Assembly: GCF_009914755.1 (NCBI RefSeq)
Contig: NC_060929.1
From: the human T2T-CHM13v2.0 reference genome, Homo sapiens
Direction: 5' to 3' (one strand)
Length of the DNA stretch: 64,000 nt
Each line of letters starts with the position of its first letter. The stretch's first letter is position 1. A program made the translations under genes and the position numbers. This document shows, piece by piece, positions 29,471-44,440 of the stretch. Under the pieces are notes generated by a model. The model made no database searches. It saw only the letters and a list, made by a program, of their open reading frames with translations, and had not been told where the DNA came from.

Positions 29471-30936
29471 GAATTCTTTTATATATGGAACATTAGGTTT
29501 TGAAATAAATGTAATGAACTTCATAAAGTAATAAAATAATTTTATGTTTAATTTATACTACATTTTTCTAAGTATACTCTCTTAGTACTCCTTTCCTCAA
29601 CTATATTAGTATACTTATAAGCAACTATAAGCTCTAAACATTCTTATCCCCTCAATCTATTCTGTCTTCTTTCAAGTAATGGCTTCCACACAACCTTATT
29701 CAAACACCTTCAAAATCATTTTTCAAATTATGTAAAATCTCTAAACATGACGTTAAACACACTTCTTGATTAATGCCAAACTAACTATAGGCTATATAAT
29801 TAGCTCTTTCACATTCTCTACATACCTACCATGGAAACATTACATTTCTTTTTGTCTTATTCCTTGTATGACATATTTCCTATGCCCTTTGAAATGTGGC
29901 ATTGTTATAGAAATGTACATGGTGCATATCATTTTCAAATGTAAAAATATAATAGGATCATGGCTCTTTTGTGACCCATCATTATATTTTATGTCTTAAG
30001 TACATGATTTCTGTGTCAACAGCATTAAAATAATGGTTCATATTGTGTTCAGATTCTTTAGGTATTCAAGTATTTCAACATGGAATTCTGTAAATCTAGA
30101 CTTTGAAATTTGAGCTAAACTGAACTTTTTTATATTATATAAGAAACTTAAATTTATATTTAATATCAGCTTATTGATTCTGGGCTATTATTACTTTGCT
30201 TAAAAATACCTATGAATGCTGCTTTTTTCATATACTGCTCTCATCTTGTACTATCAACAAATATGGACAGTGCAATTCTATATTATATAAAATTCTTTTA
30301 TTAAAATATGTATGGCAGAAAAAAGAATAGAATCTTTGAGATGATAAAAAAACAAACAAAAAATCACCATAGTAGAGTCAGTTGCTTTATAATATTTGCC
30401 CAATATTCTTATATTTTATTAAGTAATTACCCCACATAGGTTTCGGAAAATTCTCAGGACATCCTTCTTAAGTTTTAACTTCTACCCCACTGTGTCTGTC
30501 TCTTTTATCTTTATCTGAGACTCTGATTACATGTATATCAATCCATTTACTCTGTGTCATATATCTTTCATACTACTTTTTTATTTTTTATTTTCCATCC
30601 ATGGAAATTTTTACTCATCTGGCTTCTAGTACAGGAATCCTCTTATGTTGTGATCAATCTCATGCCCAAATAATCTATTGTGTTTTTAATAGCCATTACT
30701 TCCTTTCCAGTTCTAGTATTTGTATTTGGTTCTTTATTATTTCTATTCTATGGTAAAATTTTTTATTCATCCTTTACATTGGAGAACATAGTATTCCCAT
30801 TTATTTTTAAATACACATGTGATAACTCTAGTATATTATACATCTTGGATTCTGTTTCTAGTATCCACTTTTTTCTTTTTCTTTTTCTTTTGTTCTTCTT
30901 TATTGTATGCCTAGACATTAATGTTGTAATGGTTAC

Positions 30937-31403
30937 TGTATGAGTCAGGGATCTCCCAAGCAACAGAGCCAATAAGATATCTATCTATCTATGGAGGCAG
31001 AGGAGGGGAGAGAGAGAGAGAGAGAGGGAGGGAGAAGAGAGAGAGAAAGGGAGGGGAGAGACAGAGACAAATTTTGATAAATTCATTCACACAATTGTGA
31101 GAACTCACAAGTATGAAATCTGTAAGATAGGCCCGTAGGCTGGAAATTCAAATAAGAGTTGATGTTTCAGTCTCTAACTAAAAGAGTTCCTTCTCCGGGA
31201 AACGTCCGTGCTTGCTCTTATGGCATCAGATGAATGAATAAAATCTACCCACATTATTGCAAGTCATTTTCTTAAAGTCAACTAATTGTAAATGTTAATC
31301 ACATCTAAAAATACATTCACAGCAACATGTAGTTGACTAGTATTTGACCAAACAACTGGGCACCATAGTATAGCCAAGTTGGCAGAGAAAATTAATCCTC
31401 ACC
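30937..31403 (-). mobile_element. MLT2D-like ERVL solo LTR with internal (GA)n
   Basis: 'tttgaccaaacaactgggcaccatagtatagccaagttg...aaaattaatcctcac'; begins 'tgtatgagtcaggg'; 5-bp TSD gttac/gttat. Confidence 0.88.
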
Positions 31404-34400
31404 GTTATGCATAAAAAATATAAAATATTTCAATGATGCTTTATAATTTTGCAGAGAGAGAGAACATTATTTTCTGATAGGAATGAAAAATGAGAATAGA
31501 CCACATTAATACTGACGTAAGCCATGATAGTAATCTTTGAGTGATTCTTTGGTACTCTCTAGTTTGATTTTCTGGTACGTTTACCCCTGTGATGTATAGA
31601 AATAGAAGATATTAATATCTGTTGTATAATTGAGTTTCTTCTTTTCGGCAAGTACTGAATTCAAATTTTTTTTTCCCAGCAATTTTGTTTCCATTTGGTC
31701 TAAATTACCAAAAAAGGCCTAGTCTCCTTTTTTAGATTCTTTCTTCTTGACTTTCAACATCTTTTCCACTACAGTATAATATATTGGCAAACGCTCAAGA
31801 AGAAAATGGACTAATTCTCCTGCTCATATCTTTGTACCTTTGTTTTCTTTGCGACCTTGGCCCCCAATATTTTTTTTTACCTTGGTAGTCACAAATACCA
31901 AAATTGCGTTTTCTCATTCCAGTGAAGATTAATGAAATCTCCTCTGACTTCTTGACTTCTGGATATCTCAGCTTTCTCACTCTGTATGAAGAAGAGTGAA
32001 ATCCTAAGAGGAGGATAAAAACAGTGGTGAAACAGAATATTGAGAATATTGACTCATTCTTACTATGTTCCTTTCTATCTTAGGTACTGGATCATAAGGA
32101 CTTCATTGCCACAGGAGCATTCTAAGGGGCTTATTCTTCAGTGACATTATTGTTTTCATTGTTCTCATTATTTTGTCTAGCTATTCTACCCATTCTGGAT
32201 AGGACTTTTGGCTTATCAAAATTACTTCATTATAGCAGAAATTGAAAATCTGTGTGAGTTTTTTGCCACTCCGATCAAAGTCAGAGACTACTTCAAGAAG
32301 AAGCAAATGGTAAATAGTTCCAATTGAAGCTGAAATGTTAAGCTGACTAAAGAATATCCATTAAAAAGTGTCACGGAGGTCATGGTCTTTAACAAAAACT
32401 GATAATGAATGTGGAATGCTGTGGGACAAAGCCATGTTAAAGTATGTTATTGAATATTAAACATTAACTCTGATAATGTTTGGAATGCATTATGCATTCC
32501 AGTGACTAAATGAAAGCACGTGCAGAGAATGAAGTTGGCTATTGTGGGCATAAGTACATAAGTAGTTTCTTTGCCTTCCTCCTCTTCACTAATTTCCCCC
32601 TAGGGCTTGATGAGTGATTAAATCTAATAATTGAGTTTGGAAGAGAAAATAAACATGAGCTAACCAATACACAATGCATTGCAGCTGACTATAGTAATTG
32701 AAAAGCTACATTGACTCTACATGCATCCCGATTTTGGATAACTGAAAATGTAAAGTGATGTGGGTCTTTGAATCAATAAAGTAAAGTTTTATAGACCACT
32801 TTCCTCAGTGTGAGCTGCATCATGAATTAAGGTCTTATTTAGTCTTCTATTCTGCTTACTCTTTGGTCTTCTCAATTGGTTCAGAATTGAATAACGACAA
32901 GTGCTGCTATTTATTTCTCCTCCTTCAAATCTCAATAACTACATTGGGGTTATATTCTGTCAACTCAGAATAGCTAAAAAGAATACGGCATCATTTTATG
33001 CTGAGAGCCAAAAAATGCTAAGAGCCAATAAGATCAGATTTGACTGTAGAAGTTTCTTCTGTCTTAGAGTGAGTGAAAAAAAACTTTTTTTAAAAAAGCA
33101 TAGCATATCCACTATTCCCATTGGTATAATTGTCCCTTGATCTAAATGTGCTACATTCATTTTTGAGATACAGTGAACTATGCTAAATTAACTTGGTTAG
33201 GAGTTATAGAAGGAAAGCAGTAGGCTGTATATTGCTTAAGACTTTGTTCATAAAGCATGAAAACTATATGAAATTCTAAAACATGACAATCTAAAATACT
33301 CACATAGGTTACAGACAATTGTTATTTTGTGATTCAGAGTTACAAAATTTAGCAAAACCATTAGTTTATAAATCCCAGAATTCAAGCAGCCTAACATGTT
33401 TTGGGCATGGCACATATTTTACAGACAGTGTTTTATCATTTTGCCCAAGAAACCACTTGCAGCTATCACATTACTCCAGGACCTGCTCTCCTTTTTAAAG
33501 AATTCACATTTAGCCGACTTTACCCTGACACCATATTATTTCTACCTCAGGGATACATTGCTCAGATTCTATGAATGCTTTCTATAAATTTTCCCTATAA
33601 TAGCAATATTGTCTAAATAACAACAAATGCCAAAAGCACTTTGTAGCTCAGGTTCAGTGTTGTTTGGCTAGGTTCCTCAGGCTGTTGACACCACTCTACT
33701 GTAATCTATTCAGCCAGAATGATCTTTTTGAATTTACAACCCATCAAGGGACATGAATCATACTAAACTCCGGCATATGCCACATTTCTAAATGTGCTAG
33801 TCCTTGATGTTTTCATGACTCTAAAGCAGTCAGCACTTACCAGCATCGTGGTTTTGCCTAAATCTTTCTCTCTGAAAATATTGATTTAGTTTGAATATCT
33901 GCCAAGCTCTCTTTTCTCTCTCATTCATCATCTTCTTGGAGTCTCTACCCACATAGTATACAGAAAGATGTCTTCAGTTATAAAAATGGCACAGAATTAA
34001 AAAGAATAAATAATAAGGCAAATTATCTAAATATGTGTTTGTTCAGTATATATTCAATAATTTTTGTGCCTTATATAATTACTTGCATATAGTAATTGTT
34101 TGCTAAATATTTATAGAATAAATTATTAAACAGTCCATCCTTAATAAAATATAACAGTGTTTTGCCTATTGGTCATGAGAATATGTGGGAAGGAGATCAA
34201 GAAATTGCTAGATGATGAAGGCAAGAAAGGAAAAATACATTATAATGTGTATTTTCTCTAAAACTTGCACATTAGAAAATATACTTTAAACTCTATATTT
34301 TTGCATCCGGACTTTGGTTTCTGTTCTGTGTTTCCATGCATTTAAGCACTGATTTTGAGAAGTTTATGGAATAAATTTGAAAACTTGTTTCTTATCTTAA

Positions 34401-36269
34401 CTACAATTTTATCCTTGATTTTTACATATCATTTATATTTGAAATATGATTTATGTTTATGAAATATCCATGACAGCAACAAGTTATCTTTGCTAAGTAA
34501 GTTAATTGGGTTAACTGTAAATTCACAGAAAAAAACACACTATAAATATGAATGTTTTTTGAAAAATTGTTTTCAATTCTCACTATACTCAAATGTAAAC
34601 CTCACACTTTTTAATGGACATTCTCGCAGAAAAAGTAGGAGTAGCAGGATATTCATTTGACATCAGATTTTAATTAATGCGAAAGAACATTAGACCCTGA
34701 AGCACCAATAAAATTATCCTGATAAAAGACGAGAAGGTGATCAGATGATTTACTATATATGATCTCGGGCGGAAGAGTTTGATGAATCAAGAGCTTTTTT
34801 TTGTTTAACCTACTTTGAGTTTCCCCTAGAGTTGTGTTAGTACCTCTGATGAAAATTAGAAAAATTGAAGAATTAACCTAAATCTAAAAATCCAGCACAA
34901 AAATTTAGCAGTTCAGGAGAGACTCAAGTATGCATAGGTCCAAAGATCATTAACTCTGAAACAGAATTTTTTAAAAATTTTTCATTTGGCATGGATAGCA
35001 CTTCCGTTTCACCTTCTGGGATAACGGTGACCAACAAAGGATGCTTTGCCTCTTAGTACTGAGTGTTTTATCTTCCATCAGAGATCAAATTTTGTTCCAC
35101 TCTTTGAATTAATTAAGAAAAAGTATTGCTAGTTTATAATTCACAAGGCACTATTGATTCCTAGGTAAGAGTATTTTGTTGCTCTAAAACCAATAATTGT
35201 TCATTATTTCAGTTTTTTTTTATTTAAGGAATTTTACTTGCATTGGGTCCGTGAATGCTTGTCACCAGATCTGTTGCTTGGACACCTAGTTTGCTTCTGA
35301 TCCCTTGCATCAGTAATAACTCAGGCTTTCTAAGCCAATGGGTAACTAAATTGAATTTGTTTTTGTCTCTGAATAAATAAGTATAGTATTTTATACTTTC
35401 TCCTCATTTATTGCTCTTTTATTCTTGCTTTCAATGTATACTAATGTAATTATGTTTTTCAAAATCTTAAATTTTCTCTTCAAATATAACAAATGGGTCT
35501 GTGAAACTCCATAGTGCTGGGAAACTAAATATAATGAACGAATTAAATGTCATAAAGATAATCATTAGATGCAGTTTCATGAAAAAAGTAACTTCAATTC
35601 CAAAATATTTTTGCTATTAAACTCATTACTGGATTTGAATCTAATACATGATATAAAATACTCTGTTGAGTGGCATCCTTGGCTGAACAGTAATGCATAT
35701 TTAATTTTCAAATACAGAAGAATACATTCTAAAAAGATTATTCTAATTTTCACATCTACATGCAGTGCATGAGAATGTTTTTTAATGCTAGTCTATTATT
35801 AAATGTTCTCAATAAATTGACTTTTATAAATCAAAACAAAAGCAGTATAACAATATATTAATTTGAATATGGGTAATCATCAGTGACTAACAATATTTTT
35901 GGACTCCTGTCTTTATCTTCTGTCATTACTTGTTCATATACTATTTTTATTAATTTGTAGAAATTATTTTTACTTCAGGAATGCCCATCTCTTATTATAA
36001 TTATTTGAGACATTTTCTCTCAATCTCATATTTGTACATACTTATAATGTCTTCAAATATACACAAACACATAAAAATGTATATTGTAAAATCTGTCCAT
36101 TTTTGTTTTCACATCTGGATTGTTTTATCGATTCAAACTTTTTTCCAAACAACTCACTGTAAATATACTTGTATGTATTCTCAATTGCATCTTTAAATAT
36201 CCTCAAGAAATATCTTCAGGATAATTTCTCCCTTGTTACTCTTTTTTTTTTTCAGTGTTTCCTAGGAAA

Positions 36270-36498
36270 TTCTTGAAACTGCACATAAGTAATGCATACA
36301 ATTTGGGGAGTTTGGACATATGTATACATTTGCATTACTGTCACCATATTCTAGATGGTAAACTTGTTCAGTACTGAGTGTATTCTTGTGCTCCTTTGCT
36401 TTATGTTTGCATGTGTGTGTGTGTGTGTGTGTGTGCCTGTGTGTTAAAAGTTTTTAACATGAGATGTATCTTCTTAAATCCTACAATACTTAACTAGA
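36270..36498 (-). mobile_element. L1MA9/10-like 3' end (left part)
   Basis: 'aactgcacata...tacaatttggggagtttggacatatgtataca' antisense 3'UTR; contains (TG)n. Confidence 0.65.
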
Positions 36499-36504
36499 AG
36501 CGCT

Positions 36505-37473
36505 TCCATCAGAGTGAACAGGCAACCTACAGAATGGGAGAAAATTTTGGCAATCTACCCGTCTGACAAAGGGCTAATATCAAGAATCTACAAAGAACTT
36601 AAACCAATTTACAAGAAAAACCCCACCAAAAAGTGGACAAAGGATATGAACAGACAATTCTCAAAAGAAGACATTTATGCAGCCAACAGACACATGAAAA
36701 AATGCTCATCATCACTGGCCATCAGAGAAATGCAGATCAAAACCACAATGAGATACCATCTCACACCAGTTAGAATGGCGATCATTAAAAAGTCAGGAAA
36801 CAACAAGTGCTGGAGAGGATGTGGAGAAATAGGAACACTTTTACACTGTTGGTGGGACTGTAAACTAGTTCAACCATTGTGGAAGACAGTGTGGCGATTC
36901 CTCAAGGATCTAGAACTAGAAATACCATTTGACCCAGCCATCTCATTACTTATTTATATACCCGAAGGATTATAAATCATGCTGCTCTAAAGACACATGC
37001 ACACATGTTTATTGTGGCACTATGCACAATATCAAAGACTTGGAACCAACCCAAATGTCCATCAATGATAGACTGGATTAAGAAAATGTGGCACATATAC
37101 ACCATGGAATACTATGCAGCCATGAAAAAGGATGAGTTCATGTCCTTTGAAGGGACATGGATGAAGCTGGAAACCAACATCTGAGCAAACTATCACAAGG
37201 ACAGAAAACCAAACACCGCATGTTCTCACTCATAGGTGGGAATTGAACAATGAGAACATCTGGACACAGGGTGGGGAACATCACACACCAGGGCCTGATG
37301 TGGAGTGGGAGTGGGGGAAGGGGGGAGGGATAGCATTAGGAGAAACACCTAATGTAAATGACGAGTTAATGGGTGCAGCACACCAACATGGCAGATGTAT
37401 ACATATGTAACAAACCTACACGTTGTGCACATGAACCCTAGAATTTAGAGTATAATAAGAATATTTAAAAAAT
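36505..37473 (+). mobile_element. L1PA5-like 3' fragment (~970 bp)
   Basis: ORF 36514-36975 is L1 ORF2 C-terminal region ([24 protein letters not shown]); canonical 3'UTR with G-rich tract. Confidence 0.96.
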
Positions 37474-37880
37474 AGGTAAAGGACATAATGGACATTTCTC
37501 AAAAGAAAACATACAAGTGGCCAAAGAAGATATAAAAATGTTCCACATCAGTAATCATCAGAGAAATGCAAGTCAAAATCGGAATGAGATGCCATCTCAC
37601 ACCAGTAAGAATGGTTGTTATTAAAAGTTACAAAACAACAGATGCTGGTGAGGCTGCAGAGGAAAAGGGGAACAATTATGCACTTTTGGTGGGAATGTAA
37701 GTTAGTTAAACTACTGTAGAAAGCAGTTTGGATATTTCTCAAAGACCTTAAAACAGAGCTACCATTCAATCCAGTAATCCCATTATTGGGCATCTACCGT
37801 ATACCCCAAGGATAACAGATCATTCTACCAAAAGATACATGCACTCATATGTTCATCACCACACTATTAAAAATAGCTTA
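37466..37880 (+). mobile_element. L1PB-like ORF2 fragment without 3'UTR
   Basis: 'ggacatttctcaaaagaaaacatacaagtggcc...aacaacagatgctggtgaggctgcagag...ccaaaagatacatgcactcatatgttcatcacc'. Confidence 0.85.
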
Positions 37881-37899
37881 GGATTGTGATGTCATATCT

Positions 37900-38750
37900 G
37901 CTGAACAAAACACACATCTCCTTCTTTCTCCATTCTCAAGTAACTACCATTCAATTGCCAACTTCTATACATTTGACAATTTTATATGCTTCATATAAGA
38001 AGAATAATGCAGGATTTGTCCATCTGTGACTGGATTATTTCATGTAACATAACATCTGCTAAGTCCATCTATGTTGTTGCAAAGAGCACCATTTCTTTTA
38101 TTTTTAAGGCTGAATAATATTCCATTTTATATGTATACCAAATTTTCTTTCACCTTTTGATATGCATTTGGGACATTTCCATATCCTGAATATTATTGAG
38201 AATAATGCTTCACTGAACATAGGAGTGCAGATATCACTTTAAGATTCTAATTTCAATTTTTTATATATATGCCCAAAAATATGATTGCTAGGTCATATGG
38301 TAGTTCTATTTTTAATTTCTTTTGTGGAACTTCCATGCTATTTTCCATACCAGCTGCACTATTTTACATTTTCAACAACAGTGGAAAATGGTTTTGATTT
38401 CTCCACGACGTAGCCAATACATATTAATTTTTGATGTTTTAATAATAGCTAACCTAATAGTTGTGAGATGATAACTCATTGTCATCTTGCTTTATATTTC
38501 CCTGATGATTAGTGATGTTGATCTTTCTATATATATATAGATAGATATGGATATAGATATAGATATACCTGTTGACCATTTGTATATCTTCTTTAGAGAC
38601 ATGTCTAGTTAAGTCCTTTGCCCATTTTTTTAAGTTTGTTTATTTATTTTTATTTATTTATTTGCTGTTGAGTTGTAGGAGTCTCAAATATTGTGGAAAT
38701 CAACTCTTATCGAATATATGGTTGCAAATATTTGCCCCGTTCTATTCAGT
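37900..38750 (-). mobile_element. L1MA9/10-like (right part, continuation)
   Basis: 'tttttaaggctgaataatattccatt', 'atatggtagttctatttttaattt', 'tttccctgatgattagtgatgttga'. Confidence 0.8.
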
Positions 38751-38858
38751 AAAATAATTTTTAAAAAATTCTAATTATTAATATATTTTATTAATTTGTA
38801 ATTTCAAGAGTTGGTGGCTTTACTATGTTAACTTCTAATCAAGAATATGTTCATCTCA

Positions 38859-39238
<380 letters not shown>

Positions 39239-39505
39239 TTACTACCAAGCTAGTAAATAAGCAATCATGTGTTTCTCCAAGACGTCCATTCTTGCCTAGT
39301 ATGTCATAAAGTTGCGTCTCAAAGTTGGGTAGCCTTAGAAGACCCTGTAAAGTGAGGACACAACCGATCCAAAGGATCCCAGACCAATGTCCCTACTGTT
39401 TTTATGGGGCTTCAAGCTAGAAGAAGGGCAAGATGAAGGTGAAGATCATGATTTATGCAACTTTTATTTAGGATTTCTGAATCAATAGTAATAAAAGTAA
39501 AATCT

Positions 39506-39803
<298 letters not shown>

Positions 39804-40139
39804 CTAGTTTAATTTATTATTTGGGGGTATCCTCAGACAATTTTCTCTATAATTTTGAATAGTCTCTCTCTTTTTTTTTTTTTTTTTTTAGTTTAACAGA
39901 AATCTTTTTAAAATTTAAGTCTGTAGAATTTTATTACATTCTAGGAACATTTTGGATAAAGTTTAATAATTTATTGGTTTCTCTTCGTCATTAATTTCTT
40001 TCCTTTACTTCAGTAATATTTATTGATGTGTCTTGTATGTCAGAAATAATAGTAAACAGAAAAATGTGACACTTAGACAAAAAAAAGCAGTGACGTTAAC
40101 ACATAAACACAATAGGAAATTGTAGTAAGTATTATAAGT

Positions 40140-40519
40140 CTGGCGTCCCCAGCCCCCAGGCCACAGACCTGTACCTGTCCATAGCCTGTTAGGAACTGGC
40201 CGCACAGCAGGAGGTGAGCGGCAGGTGAGCAAGTGAAGTTTTATCCATATTTACAGCTGCTCCCCATCGTTCACATTATCACCTGAGCTTCACCTCCTGT
40301 CAGATCAGCAGAGGCATGAGATTCTCATAGGAGCGGGAACCCTATTATGAACTGCACATATGAGGGATATAGGTTGTGCACTCCTTATAAGAATTTAATT
40401 CCTGATGATCTGAGGTGAAATAGTTTCATCCTGAAATCATCACCCCCAATCCTCTCAGCAGTGGAGAAATTGTCCTCCAAGAAACCTGTCACTGGTGCCA
40501 AAAAGGCTGGGGACCATTA
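40140..40519 (+). mobile_element. MER1 (MER1A/B, hAT-Charlie)
   Basis: TIRs 'ctggcgtcccc'/'ggggaccatta'; 'gcctgttaggaactggccgcacagcaggaggtgagc'; 8-bp TSD ttataagt/ctataagt. Confidence 0.93.
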
Positions 40520-41533
40520 CTATAAGTAATCATATCCAAGGATCTTTTGTTGCAGACAGTTATTGATTTTTTTTACTTTGTTTAATGGTTAATTTATCAA
40601 CTGTAAATACATTTATTCTAAAAAATCATGATGAATCACTTTTTTGACTTTTATAGCAATAGTTTTCTTAAGTAATTTCACATTTTCTTGTACTAATTTT
40701 ACATTTTAACAAATCATTTTGTCATATACTCCTACATGCTTCAAATGACATACAATAATTACTGAATGAGTATAGAATTTTATTTTTACTCCTACACTAC
40801 TTAAAGTTATTGTATCATATATTTTATTTCCTTGTTATCTTCATACTTTTTTCACACTTTTCAAAGAGTGAATAATAATTGCAGAGCTAGAAATTAAAAA
40901 AAAAAAAACCCACTCTGGTTTGTCAGTCAACTGATTTCCAGGTCAAACATGAGTCCTCATTGTATCTTCTCAGTTCTCTCAATAATCTCCATTACAACAT
41001 TGATGTAGGCCACTCTTTTATAGAGCTCATTTCCTACATCAAAAGAACATTCAGACCTCATGCATGTCTTTTTAACTTGAAGCTTTTTCTATCTATCCCC
41101 ATGTTGTCCAAGTTTAATTTTCTTAATTTCACACATTGCTTTAATTTCCAGAAATATAATGCTTTCCTATGTGCGTCATATATTACATTTTGGTAGATGA
41201 TCCAAAGCTTATGTCACCTTGGAAAGCAGAGTTGGTGAGAGCAAAGGTTTGTATTCTCTCTGACAGTAGATCAAGTTGCTATCTTCCATCAGATTTGGGA
41301 AGTACTTTTTAACCTGATTACCTTGTTGAGAAATGGAGCTGATAAGCCTTTCTTTTTTTCCTAATATTCTTTTTTTTTTTTTCAGGATGCTTTGGCTTAT
41401 TCTCAGTTCCCTTTGTTTAGGCTTCTTTATTTTTTACTTGGAAAACTGTTCCCAAAATTTAGATTTTATTCAGACAAATGCTTAACATTGTGAGATAATC
41501 GGAACCACATATAAACTTGTAGCACCTAATACA

Positions 41534-41762
41534 GGCCGGGTATTTTATTTATATATATATATTTATATTTATATATAATATATATTATATATATAAATAA
41601 ATATATATATGTATATATATGCCAGACATAGTGGTGAACATCTGTAATCCCAGCTACTCAGGAGGCTGAGGCAGAGGTTACAGTGAGCCAAGATTGCACC
41701 ACCACTGCATTCCAGCCTAGGCGACAGAGTGAGACTCCATTTCAAAAAAGCAAATGAACAAA
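41534..41762 (+). mobile_element. Internally deleted Alu with (TA)n in place of left arm/linker
   Basis: 'ggccgggt' + TA tract + right arm; TSD 'cacctaataca'/'catctaataca'. Confidence 0.85.
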
Positions 41763-43219
41763 CATCTAATACAATTATTTATTTTTAAATAAAGACAAAT
41801 TAATAAAGATGTATACTACTAAGAATAATGTCACCCGTCTTAATTTTTTATGAATTTTTCATTTATAGTTTTTCCATGTGAGCATACTGGTGGGGTTTGA
41901 CTGTGTCAATATATTCTAAATATTTCTATTTTTTATTCCATTATGTTGTCCATTATCACTGCCTAGTCAATGGCTTTCCTATTAACATTATTAGTCCCTT
42001 TAACATTTAGGTACACCTCTCCTATTCTTGAAAGCATCTTTGCTTTCTGGAGCAAGGTGTTCCAGTAACATCTTTATATCTGCTTGGGTACAATATATAT
42101 GTTTGTGAAAGACTGCATTCTGCAAAATCACCGCAAACGATTCCAGGGCTTATGAGGAAAATGACATTGGCCAAAACCTGCGCAGGCCTGTAAACAGAGC
42201 ACTAACAAAAATAATAACTGCTGTCTTAGAAAATAACTTGGCAGACCGTGCAAGCAGCTCAGGTTTGCCTGAAGGTTGCCTAAGGAAATATTAAACTTAT
42301 GCAAAAACAATTGAGGTGAAAGTCTGGCTTGTGCAAAGCACTGAATCAATGCAGAAAGAAAACGGAGCTCAGGACACCAGAGCAAGTAAAATCTGCTCTC
42401 AGACTAGAACTTTGTATGGGTGTGGTTCTGGTTCTCCAGAGTGAGTATATCGCACACAGTGACTCATTGTCAATTTCTCTAAAGTAGAGTTGAAAAGACT
42501 ACCGTGTATGAAGCACCCAAGCAAAATGCTTACTACATTTTTTTCCTTTTTTTTCTTGTTGAGGGTTTAATTTTTCTCACACTATTTTGGCTCCTCAGAA
42601 AAATCAGATATGAAAACAGATACAGATATAAAACACAAATTTTATTTTATAATTTTCCCTCATTAATAATGGTAATAAGCAACATTGGTTATTAGAAGTG
42701 TCTTATAACAGAAAAAAAAAGTCTGCAAACATCCTGAAATCAGCTACTCTGAAATAGTTTATGTACTTACTTTTCAATTTGGAAAGAGCGTTAAATATAA
42801 AAACTGAGAGCTTATATTTAATTTTTTAAAGGCTAGGAGCTTATAAAAATGGTTTGAAAGACCACATTTTAAAATGCTGCCATTAACATTTTGCAAAGCA
42901 CAAAGGTTTTTGTTTTTTGGTTTTTAGTTTACAGTTTACAGTGATAATTCCAATTCTTGTATTTCCAAATGCATAATAAATTTTTTTTAAAAAACTAGTT
43001 AATTTTCTCTATATCATGCTTATTTAGTTTTTATTTCTTCTTTAAATTGCTATTATATACTTTTCTCTTTCATAACTGTCAACGTTCTTATTAACCAAGA
43101 CAAAATATCTCTAAGATAGAGAATAAGATAACAAATAATTGTGGTAGGCTTTTCTAATAATAGTTTACCCTAAATTCCTAGCACAAACCCTGTGTATCCT
43201 GATTCATTTTGTTTTTAGT

Positions 43220-43371
43220 ACAGCCATATACTGCATAATGATGTTTTAGTTAACAATAGACCCATATACAACAGTGGTACTGTAAGAATACGATGAAGCT
43301 GAAAAGTTTCTGTCTCCTAGGGACATCATAGCAATGGCAATCTGGTAGGGCAGCACATTACCCATGTGCTT
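43220..43371 (+). mobile_element. Tigger3-family 5' fragment
   Basis: TA + 'cagccatatactgcataatgatgttttagttaacaatagacccatatacaacagtggt...gaagctgaaaagtttc' matches CpG-decayed Tigger3 left end. Confidence 0.8.
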
Positions 43372-44179
43372 GAATCTTGGTAATACTACTAGAAATGAAT
43401 GTGTTCCCCTGGGGAGATTCGTGTGTGTATGTGTGCATGCGTATATGTGTGAATGTTCTATTTTTTAAATAAAGCTAGCTACATTTAGAAATAAATGATA
43501 ATGTAAAATAGAAATTTAAGCTTTTTATGTATTACAACCATCGATTTTGGCAAATGTATGCTAAGATCCTTCAGAGATCTGACACATTTTTCCCCTTAAC
43601 AAGAGATTTAACATCCACATGTCAAAATCTCATTAACTTTGTCACTATGACCATGGATACATCCTCAATAGAGAAACTTTTCTAGAATTTTCCCCTTTGA
43701 TTAACACCTTTTATTTTTCTCATTTGATTACATTCATTAAATTGAATAATGGACTCCAGGAATCTCTTTTTGGCATAAAGTAATTTGACCCTTTTATGAG
43801 TGACAGTACCAATATTTGTTAGATGTTAAATTTAATTTCTCAAATATAATTTCCTTTGATTGATGCTGGATTATAAAATGTTAAAACCTCGCCTTACAAT
43901 TTATAGATTTAAAAAATTCATGCATTTTTAATTGTTCAAATTCTTCAAATACAGTAAAATATTCAAATAAATGCTTTTAAATCCATGAATAAAATTAATT
44001 GAATAATCGTGTCTTTCTGTAATACTGCAGGCTTATAGTCTTTTAAAAGACTATTGATACTGGATTCTTGATAACATTGCAATCAATAACTATTTTTTAC
44101 TGTCCGAAATCAGTACTGATATAGATAATATGAACTCAAAAGGTCCAAAGTATATGTGATATTGCCATTTGTGTGGGAA

Positions 44180-44430
44180 GCATTATAGTATATTGGCTTG
44201 GAATTGAAAATAACTAGTTTTAATCCAGGTTTGTCACTTACTATATCTTTGAGTATGGAAAAGTAAATTATTTATCTACAACAGTGGTAGTCGAAATAAC
44301 ACTCACAAGTTGCTTCATCTATAAAACAGCAATAATTATAAGAATACTAACTTAAAGGGTTATTGGAAAAATACATGTACATAATAAACATGCAATGCCT
44401 GATAGGTACCTTGTGCTTTATCTGTTGTTA
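44180..44430 (+). mobile_element. MIR, degraded
   Basis: 'ttttaatccaggtttgtcactta', core-like 'cttcatctataaaacagcaataat...aagggttattg'. Confidence 0.6.
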
Positions 44431-44440
44431 CTATATCAAA

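Noticed and set aside
36514-36975. 153-aa ORF as a gene
   Set aside because: L1 ORF2 C-terminal fragment within a truncated L1PA.
41365-41390. Polypyrimidine + CAG splice-acceptor-like sites (also near 945-958)
   Set aside because: No matching donor, reading frame or other exon evidence; such sites are common in T-rich DNA.
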